This document shows positions 40,704 to 52,710 of a stretch of 64,000 nucleotides of DNA, piece after piece. The DNA comes from Chitinophagaceae bacterium MMS25-I14 (lineage in GTDB: Bacteria; Bacteroidota; Bacteroidia; Chitinophagales; Chitinophagaceae). Where the stretch lies: assembly GCA_052161885.1 (NCBI GenBank), contig CP197396.1, positions 678,399 through 742,398 of the forward strand. Reading direction: 5' to 3'. The notes under the pieces are model-generated. The model saw only the letters and a list, made by a program, of their open reading frames with translations, did no database searches and was not told where the DNA came from. The position numbers and the translations under genes are program-made. Each line of letters starts with the position of its first letter. Position 1 is the stretch's first letter.

Positions 40704-41951
40704 TTAAGCTTCTGCTGCTACTTTATTACCCAGTTTTACTTTCAGACCTGCATCCAGTGCATCGAGGAACTCCTCTGTGTACAGGTAGTGTTCACCATGG
40801 TTTACTTTATTGCCATGGATACCTACTGCGAGGTCTTTGGTCATTTTACCGCTTTCTACCGTTTCGATACAAACTTCTTCCAGTGCGTGGCAGAAATTGA
40901 TCAGGTCCTGGTTACCATCCAGCTTGCCGCGGAACGCCAGGCCACGTGTCCATGCGAAGATAGACGCGATCGGGTTGGTAGAAGTAGGGTTACCTTTCTG
41001 GTATTCACGGTAATGGCGTGTAACAGTACCATGTGCAGCCTCTGCTTCCATTGTTTTCCCGTCGGGGGTAACCAGCACGGAAGTCATAAGGCCCAGAGAA
41101 CCAAACCCTTGAGCTACAGTATCGCTCTGTACGTCGCCATCATAGTTTTTACAAGCCCATACGAAATTACCGTTCCATTTAAGTGCAGAAGCCACCATGT
41201 CATCGATCAGGCGGTGCTCGTATACGATTCCTGCAGCGTCAAACTGAGCTTTGAACTCAGCCTGGAAGATTTCCTCAAAGATGTCTTTGAAGCGGCCATC
41301 GTATTTTTTAAGGATGGTATTCTTGGTGCTCAGGTACAGCGGCCATTTTTTGCTCAGTGCCATATTGAAGCAGGAACGGGCAAAACCACGGATAGACTCA
41401 TCTGTGTTGTACATAGCCAGCGCTACGCCATCGCCTTTAAAGTTATATACTTCGTGCTCAATTACCTGGCCGTCTTCACCTTCAAATTTGATAGTGAGCT
41501 TGCCTTTGCCTTTGGTTACGAAGTCTGTAGCACGGTACTGGTCACCGAATGCATGGCGGCCTACGATGATCGGAGCATCCCAGTTGGTAACCAGGCGCGG
41601 GATATTTTTGATAACGATCGGCTCGCGGAATACTGTGCCGTCCAGGATGTTACGGATGGTGCCGTTAGGGCTTTTCCACATCTGTTTCAGGTTAAATTCC
41701 GTTACACGGGCTTCATCCGGAGTGATGGTAGCGCATTTGATACCTACACCTATTTCCTTGATAGCATTGGCTGCATCAACAGTTACCTGGTCGTTGGTAG
41801 CATCGCGGTGCTCAATGCCCAGGTCGTAGTACTTAATATCTACATCAATATAAGGAAGGATCAGTTTGTCTTTGATGAATTTCCAGATGATGCGCGTCAT
41901 CTCATCGCCGTCCAGTTCTACAACCGGATTGGCTACTTTGATTTTAGCCAT
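40704..41951 (-). CDS. icd: NADP-dependent isocitrate dehydrogenase (eukaryote-like subfamily II, about 415 aa)
   Basis: The N-terminus is [21 protein letters not shown], and the motifs [10 protein letters not shown] and SPNGTIRN are present. Confidence 0.9.
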   Translation of the reverse strand: MAKIKVANPVVELDGDEMTRIIWKFIKDKLILPYIDVDIKYYDLGIEHRDATNDQVTVDAANAIKEIGVGIKCATITPDEARVTEFNLKQMWKSPNGTIRNILDGTVFREPIVIKNIPRLVTNWDAPIIVGRHAFGDQYRATDFVTKGKGKLTIKFEGEDGQVIEHEVYNFKGDGVALAMYNTDESIRGFARSCFNMALSKKWPLYLSTKNTILKKYDGRFKDIFEEIFQAEFKAQFDAAGIVYEHRLIDDMVASALKWNGNFVWACKNYDGDVQSDTVAQGFGSLGLMTSVLVTPDGKTMEAEAAHGTVTRHYREYQKGNPTSTNPIASIFAWTRGLAFRGKLDGNQDLINFCHALEEVCIETVESGKMTKDLAVGIHGNKVNHGEHYLYTEEFLDALDAGLKVKLGNKVAAEA

Positions 41952-42103
41952 TGAATTATCGTTTAATGGTTTGGTTTTTAAAATTGCGGAGCTAAGTTAC
42001 AATTATCAGTCAAAAACAAACAAATCTAAATCCGGCATCGTTTGCGAACAGCAGAATCGTGGAAAACGTGTTTAAAACATACTGTCAGCAATCTCATCCG
42101 GTA

Positions 42104-42499
42104 TTATTTCTCTTCTTCTGTAAACTCAAGTATTCTATTCATTTCTGCGCTTTTCCCGGTTAGTTCTGACTTCCTGATTGTCAGTTTGCCTATATCGGTG
42201 CACCCTTCAATTGTCAAAATCTTATTGCGGACCTTCCATTTGTATGTTTTTCTAAGATGATCATACATGTGTTCATACATTTCTTTTCTTTCCGGGAGCA
42301 CTTCTGCCCTCACGCGGTACTCAAGGGTAACTGAATCTTTCCTGAATGATAAAACATAGTATGTATAAAGCGTTCCAACGCCATCCTTACAAGTCACGCC
42401 GGTTTCGGCTACATACCTTTTGCCGATAAGCCGGGATTGTGCCGCCGCTATATTGCAAAGGCAAAAAAAACAGATAAGAAAAGGCGACAATTTCCGCAT
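42104..42499 (-). CDS. hypothetical secreted protein
   Basis: The internal start MRKLSPFLICFFCLCNIAAAQ is a signal peptide. Confidence 0.4.
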   Translation of the reverse strand: MRKLSPFLICFFCLCNIAAAQSRLIGKRYVAETGVTCKDGVGTLYTYYVLSFRKDSVTLEYRVRAEVLPERKEMYEHMYDHLRKTYKWKVRNKILTIEGCTDIGKLTIRKSELTGKSAEMNRILEFTEEEK

Positions 42500-42677
42500 A
42501 TATTCCGGCTGATAAAGGCGGCAAGGGTTCTGTTCCTGCTGCTGCTTATTATTTACAATACTGCTCAAATTAGTTTTTTTGTTTTATATAAATTGTTTTT
42601 CTGTTAAATGTTCCTTCCGGGATCAGGCGGCTGTAAGATTTCTCTGTTACTCATTCCCGCCAAGCAGATATAATATG

Positions 42678-42685
42678 TATGTTTG
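42678..42685 (+). promoter_or_regulatory. -7 element TAtgTTTG upstream of the DegT aminotransferase gene
   Basis: Exact TAnnTTTG match 20 nt before the ATG. Confidence 0.3.
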
Positions 42686-42704
42686 CATCCGCTAAATTAA
42701 GGCT

Positions 42705-43844
42705 ATGTACAACTTACAAATGGTTGACCTGAAGCGTCAGTACGAAAAAATAAAGCCCGAAGTAGATGCTGCTATACAGAATGTACTCAGCACCACTGCC
42801 TTCATTAACGGGCCTGATGTAAAAGCATTTGGCCAGGAACTGGAACAGTACCTGGGCGTAAAACATGTTATTCCCTGCGCCAACGGAACCGATGCGCTGC
42901 AGATAGCGCTGATGGCATTGGGCCTGCAGCCGGGCGATGAAGTGATCACTCCTTCCTTTACTTATATTGCTACTGTTGAAGTTGTCGCATTGCTGCGTCT
43001 CAAGCCGGTATTTGTAGATGTGCATGCCGATACTTTCTGCATGGACATTGAAAGTGTGAAAAAGGCAATTACACCAAAGACAAAAGCCATTATACCGGTA
43101 CATCTTTATGGTCAGTGTGTAGATATGGAGCCGCTGCTGGCATTGGCAAAAGAACATAACATTCCTGTGGTGGAAGATAACGCACAGGCTATCGGTGGCA
43201 ACTATACGTTTTCCGATGGTACGGTTAAAAAGACCGGTTCTATGGGCATCATCGGTTGCACGAGCTTCTTCCCTTCTAAAAACCTGGGTTGTTATGGTGA
43301 CGGCGGCGCTATTTTCACCAATGATGATAAACTGGCTGAAGATCTGCGCATGATTGCCAACCACGGTCAGAAAGTAAGATATTACCACGAAATGGTAGGC
43401 TGCAACAGCCGTCTCGACAGTATACAGGCTGCCGTGCTGCGCATTAAACTGCGTCACCTGGATGAATACTGCGATGCGCGTCGCGCCGTGGCCGATCATT
43501 ACGACAACGCGTTTAAATCCAATCCTAATATTATTACACCGTTCCGCGCTGCCAATAACAAACACGTATTTCACCAGTACACACTGCAACTGAAAAACGT
43601 AAGCCGTGATGAAGTGCAGCCGCTGCTGGCCGAGAAAGGTATTCCGTCTATGATTTACTACCCTGTTCCCAGCCACAAACAGAATATGTTGAAGGCTTTT
43701 GCTGATAACCAGCAGGAACTGCCGGTTACAGATATGCTTACAGATTGTGTCATTTCATTGCCGATACACACGGAATTTACACAGGAAGAACTGGAATATG
43801 TAAGCAGTAATTTCCTCGCTATTGTAGAACAACTCAGTAAATAA
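42705..43844 (+). CDS. DegT/DnrJ/EryC1/StrS family sugar aminotransferase (PLP-dependent)
   Basis: The N-terminus is VDLKRQYEKIKPEVDAAIQNVL, and the PLP-Lys region reads FSFFPSKNLGCYGDGGA. Confidence 0.9.
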   Translation: MYNLQMVDLKRQYEKIKPEVDAAIQNVLSTTAFINGPDVKAFGQELEQYLGVKHVIPCANGTDALQIALMALGLQPGDEVITPSFTYIATVEVVALLRLKPVFVDVHADTFCMDIESVKKAITPKTKAIIPVHLYGQCVDMEPLLALAKEHNIPVVEDNAQAIGGNYTFSDGTVKKTGSMGIIGCTSFFPSKNLGCYGDGGAIFTNDDKLAEDLRMIANHGQKVRYYHEMVGCNSRLDSIQAAVLRIKLRHLDEYCDARRAVADHYDNAFKSNPNIITPFRAANNKHVFHQYTLQLKNVSRDEVQPLLAEKGIPSMIYYPVPSHKQNMLKAFADNQQELPVTDMLTDCVISLPIHTEFTQEELEYVSSNFLAIVEQLSK

Positions 43845-43846
43845 TA

Positions 43847-44398
43847 ATGAACGTAATTAAAACGCCCATTGAAGGCCTGCTGATACTGGAACCGCGTATT
43901 TTTCATGACGATCGTGGTTATTTCTTTGAGAGCTTTAATGCTAAAACACTGAAAGACGCTACGGGGTTTTCTATTCCGCTGATACAGGATAACCAGGCCC
44001 GTTCTGTAAAAAATGTGCTCCGCGGATTGCATTACCAGAATGAGCCAACACCGCAGACCAAACTGATCCGCGCGCTGGAAGGTACTATCTGGGATGTGGT
44101 GGTAGACCTTCGTCCCAATAGCGCAACCTACGGCCAATGGTACGGTGTAGAGCTTTCTGCTGAGAACAAGCGCCAGTTCCTGATCCCACGAGGCTTCGCG
44201 CATGGCTATGCTGTGCTGAGCGATACTGCAGAAGTGTTTTACAAATGCGATAATTTTTACGATAAATCTGCAGAAGGCGGTGTTTACTATGCTGATCCTT
44301 CCCTCAATATCGACTGGAAAATAGACCTGAAAGATGTCATTGTTTCTGAAAAAGACCAGAAGCAGCCACTGCTGAAAGATGCGGTAATTAAGTTTTAG
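43847..44398 (+). CDS. rfbC: dTDP-4-dehydrorhamnose 3,5-epimerase
   Basis: Cupin motifs of RmlC are present (FHDDRGYFFE, RGLHYQ, FAHGYAVL). Confidence 0.9.
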   Translation: MNVIKTPIEGLLILEPRIFHDDRGYFFESFNAKTLKDATGFSIPLIQDNQARSVKNVLRGLHYQNEPTPQTKLIRALEGTIWDVVVDLRPNSATYGQWYGVELSAENKRQFLIPRGFAHGYAVLSDTAEVFYKCDNFYDKSAEGGVYYADPSLNIDWKIDLKDVIVSEKDQKQPLLKDAVIKF

Positions 44399-44402
44399 AC
44401 AG

Positions 44403-44655
44403 GAGATGTGAGTATTGAGATGTGAGAAATACCTATTAAGTAAAAAAGCAGGTTTCGTATGAAGCCTGCTTTTTTTATTCATATTTTTCATTCCGTCCTT
44501 AGCGTGGTTTGCTATCCTTCGGCTACGCTCAGGATGGTATTAAACAAAAAACTCCTGCCTTAAACAAGGCAGGAGTTTTTATCCGTTAAGAGAAATGCTT
44601 ATCCCACTTGCTCCCTGCTCTCTGCGCACATCTCACATCTCAATACTCACATCTC
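44403..44655. repeat. MITE-like unit bounded by perfect 24-bp inverted repeats (gagatgtgagtattgagatgtgag / ctcacatctcaatactcacatctc)
   Basis: Left arm 44403-44426 and right arm 44632-44655 are exact reverse complements. The interior holds a bidirectional terminator and a partial REP-like site (44512-44537). Confidence 0.6.
44442..44478. terminator. bidirectional rho-independent terminator between rfbC and the convergent T9SS cargo gene
   Basis: An aaaaaagcagg...cctgc stem is followed by ttttttt. Confidence 0.55.
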
Positions 44656-44679
44656 ATATCTCAAATCCTACATCCACCC

Positions 44680-47600
44680 TTACTGCTTAATAAATTTCAG
44701 CGCTTTCTTATCATGGTTGCTCTTTGTGGAAACAACGATAATATAAGTGCCCGGTGCCAGTCTGCCCACATTCATGCGGATCTCTGAAGTTCCCGTCTGT
44801 ACCGGCACATCCACATACTGACCGGTAATGGTATGCACATAAACACCATCAACATCAGCGCCATCAATACCAGCAAGCGTTACCTGTTCGTTAGATGGGT
44901 TCGGGAAGAGGCTTACAGTCCTGTTGCCGATCTCTACGATACCGGTTGTATTGTTCTTCCAGCCGAGTGTGTACATGCCGTATTCCAGGCTTGTCGGGTT
45001 AAAGTCAATTTTATCGTTGCTTTCCTGGCCAACGGATTTAATCACATACTGACCGCTTGAATCACGCTCCAGCAGGTAATATTCGATCGCCTGGTTTTTA
45101 ACTGCGGCCCAGTTGCTGCCCAGTACTCCCGGACCATCAAATTCAAACTGACCGGAAGCCAGTTTCAGCGGGTCGATCTGCCATTGTGTACGCAGGTTTT
45201 CCATATGCTGGATAGTTGTGGAAGCAATGGTGCCGGTAAGGCTGTCTTTACCCATTACCAGGTTTGTTTCATAATCCGGAACGGACACGAAAACAGACAG
45301 ACCGGAGTTTGCAGAATCGCGGATACTCCAGGTGCCGGTTACATGATATTGCTGTGCAGCAATGATATTTCCTACAGGAGAAGTAGCCGGAATGATCCTG
45401 TAATTGGTGCCGGGGATACTGTCCTGTGCCGTTGCTTTATTCAGGACAAACCCTGTATTGGCCTGGTTGAACGTATAGTTGTAGGCCAGCATAGTGTCCT
45501 GTGGTGTATTCAGTGTCAGGTGCATCTGGTTGCGGATCTCATCAGCTGTTTTTACTTTCTTCCAGATACGCAGTTCGTCCAGCATAGAAACGGTTTCACT
45601 GCCATAATACAGGCTGGTACCCATTGTCATATCTATCTGGTTGCCGGCAAACGCTGTATAAGCAGTACTGTCCGTCAGTTCGCCGTTCATATACAGCCTG
45701 ATGTAATCATTTGGCGTTGCAGTAACCGCAATATGGTTCCACTCACCTATTTTCCAGGCGTTTTTAGAATTGACTGTTGTCCAGCCACTGCCGTTATTGC
45801 CAAATACTGCGTTCATCGTTTTGTTCAGCGGAAATTCCAGTGATATACCGGTAGAATTATTGTTTACACGGCCATTATTGGAAAGGATTTTGGCATTTTC
45901 AGAAGGGTTCTGCATCAGGCGGCCCCAGAACTCAATGGTAAAACTGCTGTTGAGCACATTTGTAACCCCTGCATATGGAATGCGGATAGAATGTCCGCCC
46001 AGCATAGAAAGTACGCCGCCACGGTTAAAGAGTGCAGATGCTGTATCTGTTTTCCAGCCAAGATGATATACACCACTATCGAAGAACGTTCCGATAAATT
46101 TCAGGTTTTGCCCATCGAAATAACCGTTGTTTACAATACTCACAGCATTGACGGAATCTTCTTTCAGCAGGTAAAACTCGCTGGCCACATGACTGATGGA
46201 ATCATAATGCGGCAGACACTGGCTGAGATCTATGGTAATAGTGCCCGTAGGTAGGTTCAGCGCATCCAGCTGCCAACCGCCTTTCAGGTAATACTGGTTG
46301 CCGCCAGTACCGAATGTGCCGATAGTGCTGTCTATGTGACGGCCCGCAACGAGGTTGGTTACAAAGTCAGGAATGGCATCGTCCAGTTTCAGGCCGGTCG
46401 TAGCGTCTTTACGCACGCTCCAGTTGCCTTTTGCCAGGTCATGATAAGGTGCACCCAGCAATGCGGCCGGTGCTGTTGAGGCTACCAGCGTGCTGCCTGC
46501 GATCTTCAGCTCATACAGATGTGCACCGGAGCTCATTACCGTTGTATCTGTGTATTTATTGAAGTTGTAGTAATAAGCCAGGTTTGCTTCTGCGCCACTG
46601 AGTGTATAATGCATACGCTTGCGGATGCTGTCACCTGTCTGTGGTGCGTTCCAGATGCGGAGCTCATCCATTTCACCCTGTATCGGCGCACCATAGTAAA
46701 CACTCTTGCCCAGTGCCAGTCCGAATGTATTAGTATAAAAAGAAGTGAATTTCGCAGTCCCGGTTTTGATGCCGTTTACATACACATACAGTGAATCGCC
46801 CGGAACAGCAGTAAGCGCTACGTGGTTCCACTCGCCTGCCTGCCATGGGTTGCCGTTGTCATTGATCGTCGTCCAGCCGGAACCATTGGTACCTACTGCC
46901 AGGTTTACTTTACCTGCTGCACTGAACTCCAGTGAGAAACCGGTGGAGTTACCATTTACACGGCCGTTGCACGACATCAGTTTGTTGCCGGTAGCCTGTG
47001 CTGCTGTAATGCGCTCCCAGAATTCTACTGTAAAACCTGTGCTGCCGCTCAATGTACTGTTGATCTCGGTAGACGGGATCACTGCATTCTGTGCGCCCGG
47101 CATGCCCAGCGCTGTGCCTCTGTGCGGCTGGTAGCCACTCAGCTTGTACACTAGTTTGTCGGTGATGAGCTTTCCGTAAGTATTGAATTCGTCCAGGGCA
47201 CCGATGAAGTGTTTGTTAGCCACGTTCGTTCCAAGATACAGGTTACCGGTTGAGGCAGCCGGCGTAGCTACGTTCGTCCATTTCTGTATCTGCTGACTGT
47301 TCCAGCAAAGCATCAGCTGCAGTTTTATGTTGTCATATTTCCAGGTGATGTGCGTCCAGTGATTCAGTTTCAGTGAAAGGCTGGCGGTGTATGTTTTGCC
47401 GTTTGCGTGATTGATGAATACCGGGTGTCCGGCATCGTCCATACCTACAGTATAGCCATCGTTACCGGTGCTGTTGGAGAATACACCTGCATAGCCTGTT
47501 ACAGGGTATTGTGCCGGGTTGATCCAGTATACAATGCTGAAGGTGCGGTCGTTCATATCCAGCTCTGCAGTGTGCGGAATGGTAACAGACGAATTACTGC

Positions 47601-49128
47601 CGAACAGCATAGCAGATGAGGCATTGCCGTCTTTGTCCGCTGTGTAGGAAATATTAGAAGAAGTGAGCGTGCGGTGATATTTGGAAGAGTCTGTGAGCGT
47701 ATTGGTGAATGCCAGCGCTATTTTTTTCGTGCTGTCATCGATGCTTTTCAGCATGTCTTCGTGTATGATGGCGCTGTAATAAGAAACGCCATTCGGTGAC
47801 AGGTAGTTGATCTTATAACGGCGATCTCCCACCTGGCCATAAATATTTGTTTTGGTATATGTCTGGATGATAGCGTCAAAAATATCATCGTTATCCGGGG
47901 TAACAGAAGTACTGCCCGAGCCAATGTCAGAAGCCAGGTTACCGGAGAGGACATCGAAGAACGGGTACGTATGATCGTTGTAGCGGCCAAAGAACTCCTG
48001 TGCATGTATGTCTGCACTGTAGCAAAGCACACCGTCAATATTATGCGCTTTGATATATTGAATCAGCGTGTCACATTCTGTGGTAATGCTGAAGTTCCTT
48101 CCGCCCCAATGCTTGTCAAAAGATGGTGTACCGGAGATCAGTACTTTAAACGAAGCTGTGGAATTAAGTAATGCCTGTTCCAGCCACCTCAGTTGATAAG
48201 GACCGAGGTGACGTGTAGTGCTTTCACGGTAACTGCGGTTGTCCAGCAGGAAGAACTCAACATCTTTATAGCGGTAAGAAGAATAAAGTCCGTCACCCTG
48301 TGCATTGCCCATCCATGCAGGGTTTTGCCACCAGGCACGGAAATTTTCCTTGCTGATGCCCAGGGTAGGCATCGTTTTATTGTATTCGTTTCCTCCAAGA
48401 TCGTGATTATCTGTGATCACCAGCTGCGGCATGGCGCGGAGCAGCGTATCATGAAACTGGCGGTTAAAGAAATACCGGGAGAACAGTGCATCTTTTGTGT
48501 CCCAGTCATTGATCATACCAGGGCACATTCCCTGCGCATGCTCCAGCCCGAAGAGATACACTGCATCACCGAGCCACACCATCATATCGCTGTTTTCTGT
48601 AGCCATATGTTTGTATATGTCCGGCGTACCGTTTATATGCAGCGGTCCTTCTATGTTATCTACGCAACGGGTCATATCCATAATACGGCCGCAACCGCCG
48701 GCAAGAAAGGAGAAATCAGTGACCTGGCCGGCACCGCAGGTAACCGAGGCATGCCGGTAGGTAGCGGCGCCATTTACCTTAATGGTTGCAGTGTAGGTTT
48801 GTCCGGCTGCAAGTCCTGTATAAAGATAAGAGCGGAGATTATAGCCAAGGCGGGTGTCGGAATCATGCAGTGCACCTGTCAGGGCACTGCCTGTGGGTGA
48901 TTTCAGCTCAAGGGAAAAACTGTTCCCGGAACCGGTGCTGTTTTTGGTCATGACCCAGACGCGTACTGTATCTCCATATACTGCGCTCATCATGGGGCCA
49001 TAAACAACAGAATCTCCGGGCAAGGTCTGTGAAAATGCGGCAAAAGAGCCGGCCATAAGCACTGCAAAGAGCAGCGCCTTTAGTTTGTGAAGCATGTTTA
49101 AGATGGTTGGTGGATAAAAGCGGTGCAA
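44680..49128 (-). CDS. T9SS-secreted multidomain protein, with a PhoD-like/calcineurin-like metallophosphatase, three LamG/concanavalin-like domains and a T9SS C-terminal sorting domain
   Basis: Signal peptide MLHKLKALLFAVLMAGSFAAFSQ, with the likely true start at 49095. Metallophosphatase motifs are present (GDAVY, VITDNHD). Three DElRIW-type LamG signatures occur (DEFNTYGKL, MDELRIWNAPQTGDSIR, LDELRIWKKVKTADEIR). The C-terminal ~80 aa (...GTYIIVVSTKSNHDKKALKFIKQ) match the T9SS C-terminal sorting domain (CTD) pattern. Confidence 0.8.
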   Translation of the reverse strand: MHRFYPPTILNMLHKLKALLFAVLMAGSFAAFSQTLPGDSVVYGPMMSAVYGDTVRVWVMTKNSTGSGNSFSLELKSPTGSALTGALHDSDTRLGYNLRSYLYTGLAAGQTYTATIKVNGAATYRHASVTCGAGQVTDFSFLAGGCGRIMDMTRCVDNIEGPLHINGTPDIYKHMATENSDMMVWLGDAVYLFGLEHAQGMCPGMINDWDTKDALFSRYFFNRQFHDTLLRAMPQLVITDNHDLGGNEYNKTMPTLGISKENFRAWWQNPAWMGNAQGDGLYSSYRYKDVEFFLLDNRSYRESTTRHLGPYQLRWLEQALLNSTASFKVLISGTPSFDKHWGGRNFSITTECDTLIQYIKAHNIDGVLCYSADIHAQEFFGRYNDHTYPFFDVLSGNLASDIGSGSTSVTPDNDDIFDAIIQTYTKTNIYGQVGDRRYKINYLSPNGVSYYSAIIHEDMLKSIDDSTKKIALAFTNTLTDSSKYHRTLTSSNISYTADKDGNASSAMLFGSNSSVTIPHTAELDMNDRTFSIVYWINPAQYPVTGYAGVFSNSTGNDGYTVGMDDAGHPVFINHANGKTYTASLSLKLNHWTHITWKYDNIKLQLMLCWNSQQIQKWTNVATPAASTGNLYLGTNVANKHFIGALDEFNTYGKLITDKLVYKLSGYQPHRGTALGMPGAQNAVIPSTEINSTLSGSTGFTVEFWERITAAQATGNKLMSCNGRVNGNSTGFSLEFSAAGKVNLAVGTNGSGWTTINDNGNPWQAGEWNHVALTAVPGDSLYVYVNGIKTGTAKFTSFYTNTFGLALGKSVYYGAPIQGEMDELRIWNAPQTGDSIRKRMHYTLSGAEANLAYYYNFNKYTDTTVMSSGAHLYELKIAGSTLVASTAPAALLGAPYHDLAKGNWSVRKDATTGLKLDDAIPDFVTNLVAGRHIDSTIGTFGTGGNQYYLKGGWQLDALNLPTGTITIDLSQCLPHYDSISHVASEFYLLKEDSVNAVSIVNNGYFDGQNLKFIGTFFDSGVYHLGWKTDTASALFNRGGVLSMLGGHSIRIPYAGVTNVLNSSFTIEFWGRLMQNPSENAKILSNNGRVNNNSTGISLEFPLNKTMNAVFGNNGSGWTTVNSKNAWKIGEWNHIAVTATPNDYIRLYMNGELTDSTAYTAFAGNQIDMTMGTSLYYGSETVSMLDELRIWKKVKTADEIRNQMHLTLNTPQDTMLAYNYTFNQANTGFVLNKATAQDSIPGTNYRIIPATSPVGNIIAAQQYHVTGTWSIRDSANSGLSVFVSVPDYETNLVMGKDSLTGTIASTTIQHMENLRTQWQIDPLKLASGQFEFDGPGVLGSNWAAVKNQAIEYYLLERDSSGQYVIKSVGQESNDKIDFNPTSLEYGMYTLGWKNNTTGIVEIGNRTVSLFPNPSNEQVTLAGIDGADVDGVYVHTITGQYVDVPVQTGTSEIRMNVGRLAPGTYIIVVSTKSNHDKKALKFIKQ

Positions 49129-49340
49129 AGAAACGCCCCAAATTGCCTTGCACGAATTAAGAAACAGTTACCGAATTGTTACCCCGGATAAACTGGATTA
49201 TCAACATTTTATTAATTTTTTTTCTTAACTTATTCGATGAAGTTATTTACGGATAAAAGAAATATATACTCCGTAAGAGAAATCTATGTACTTTTGGACT
49301 GAAAAACGATTTTAGTCGAAAAAATGAAATCGTCTAATAG

Positions 49341-51685
<2,345 letters not shown>

Positions 51686-51687
51686 CA

Positions 51688-52674
51688 ATGAAAGGAAAAG
51701 TATTGGTAACCGGAGCAAGCGGTTTTATTGGGTACCACCTGGTAGAAGCACTTGTAAAGGTAGGTTATGAGGTTACGGCAGCAATAAGACCTTCCAGCGC
51801 AACGGATCACCTGGAAGACTTTAACCTGAAATACGTATACCTGGATTTCACCTCTGCAGAAGAAATAAGGCAGCACCTGGATGAAAAACAATACGAGTAC
51901 ATTATACATACCGCAGGTATAACCAAAGCCTCTGGGGAAACAGTATATAATGAAGTCAATGCCATATATACACAGAATCTTGCAATTGCTGCATCAGTTG
52001 CACAGATACCGCTGAAGAAATTTGTCTTCATAAGCAGCCTGGCCGCATTGGGCCCACGCTACTACGAAGACCCGACACCTATACGGGAAGTAAGTCTGCC
52101 CAATCCGGTAACGGCATACGGCAAGAGCAAACTGCTGGCAGAACAATACCTGAAAAACATAGAACTGCCCATTATCATCCTGCGTCCAACCGGCGTATAC
52201 GGTCCGCGTGAACGCGATTTCCTGGTAATGTTTAAAACACTGGCAAAAGGATTTGAACCATATATAGGACGCAAAAAACAACTGCTGAGCTTTGTGTATG
52301 CAAAAGACCTTGTACAAAGCATATTGCTGGCGATGCATTCGGACGTTACCGGAAGAACCTACAATGTATCGGACGGCCAGGTATACGACCGTTACGAACT
52401 GGCCAACCTGACAAAGAAGATATTGGGACGCCGCACTTTTAAAATACATATTCCGCTGCCTGTAGTAAAGCTGATAGCCAGTATGAATGAAGCAATGGCA
52501 AGCGGAGGCAACACACCGGTGCTTAACAAAGAAAAACTCCAGGAGCTGACCGCAGAAAACTGGAACTGCAGTATAGACAGTATAGTATCAGAACTGGGTT
52601 ACCTGCCGCAGTACAACCTTGAAAGAGGACTTACCGAAACACTGCAATGGTACCAGAAGAATAAATGGTTATAA
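51688..52674 (+). CDS. NAD-dependent epimerase/dehydratase-family reductase, candidate CerR-like ceramide/3-ketosphinganine reductase
   Basis: VLVTGASGFIGYHLV Rossmann N-terminus and a YGKSK (YxxxK) motif. Length 328 aa. Confidence 0.65.
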   Translation: MKGKVLVTGASGFIGYHLVEALVKVGYEVTAAIRPSSATDHLEDFNLKYVYLDFTSAEEIRQHLDEKQYEYIIHTAGITKASGETVYNEVNAIYTQNLAIAASVAQIPLKKFVFISSLAALGPRYYEDPTPIREVSLPNPVTAYGKSKLLAEQYLKNIELPIIILRPTGVYGPRERDFLVMFKTLAKGFEPYIGRKKQLLSFVYAKDLVQSILLAMHSDVTGRTYNVSDGQVYDRYELANLTKKILGRRTFKIHIPLPVVKLIASMNEAMASGGNTPVLNKEKLQELTAENWNCSIDSIVSELGYLPQYNLERGLTETLQWYQKNKWL

Positions 52675-52710
52675 AAAATTAAAACTAACATAAACAAAAA
52701 CACAGACGAT

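Noticed and set aside
40788-41954. 388-aa plus-strand ORF
   Set aside because: It is the antisense shadow of the well-supported icd gene.
42714-43676. 320-aa minus-strand ORF
   Set aside because: It is the antisense shadow of the DegT aminotransferase gene, with no motifs.
43658-44491. 277-aa minus-strand ORF
   Set aside because: It is antisense to rfbC and runs through the terminator and repeat region.
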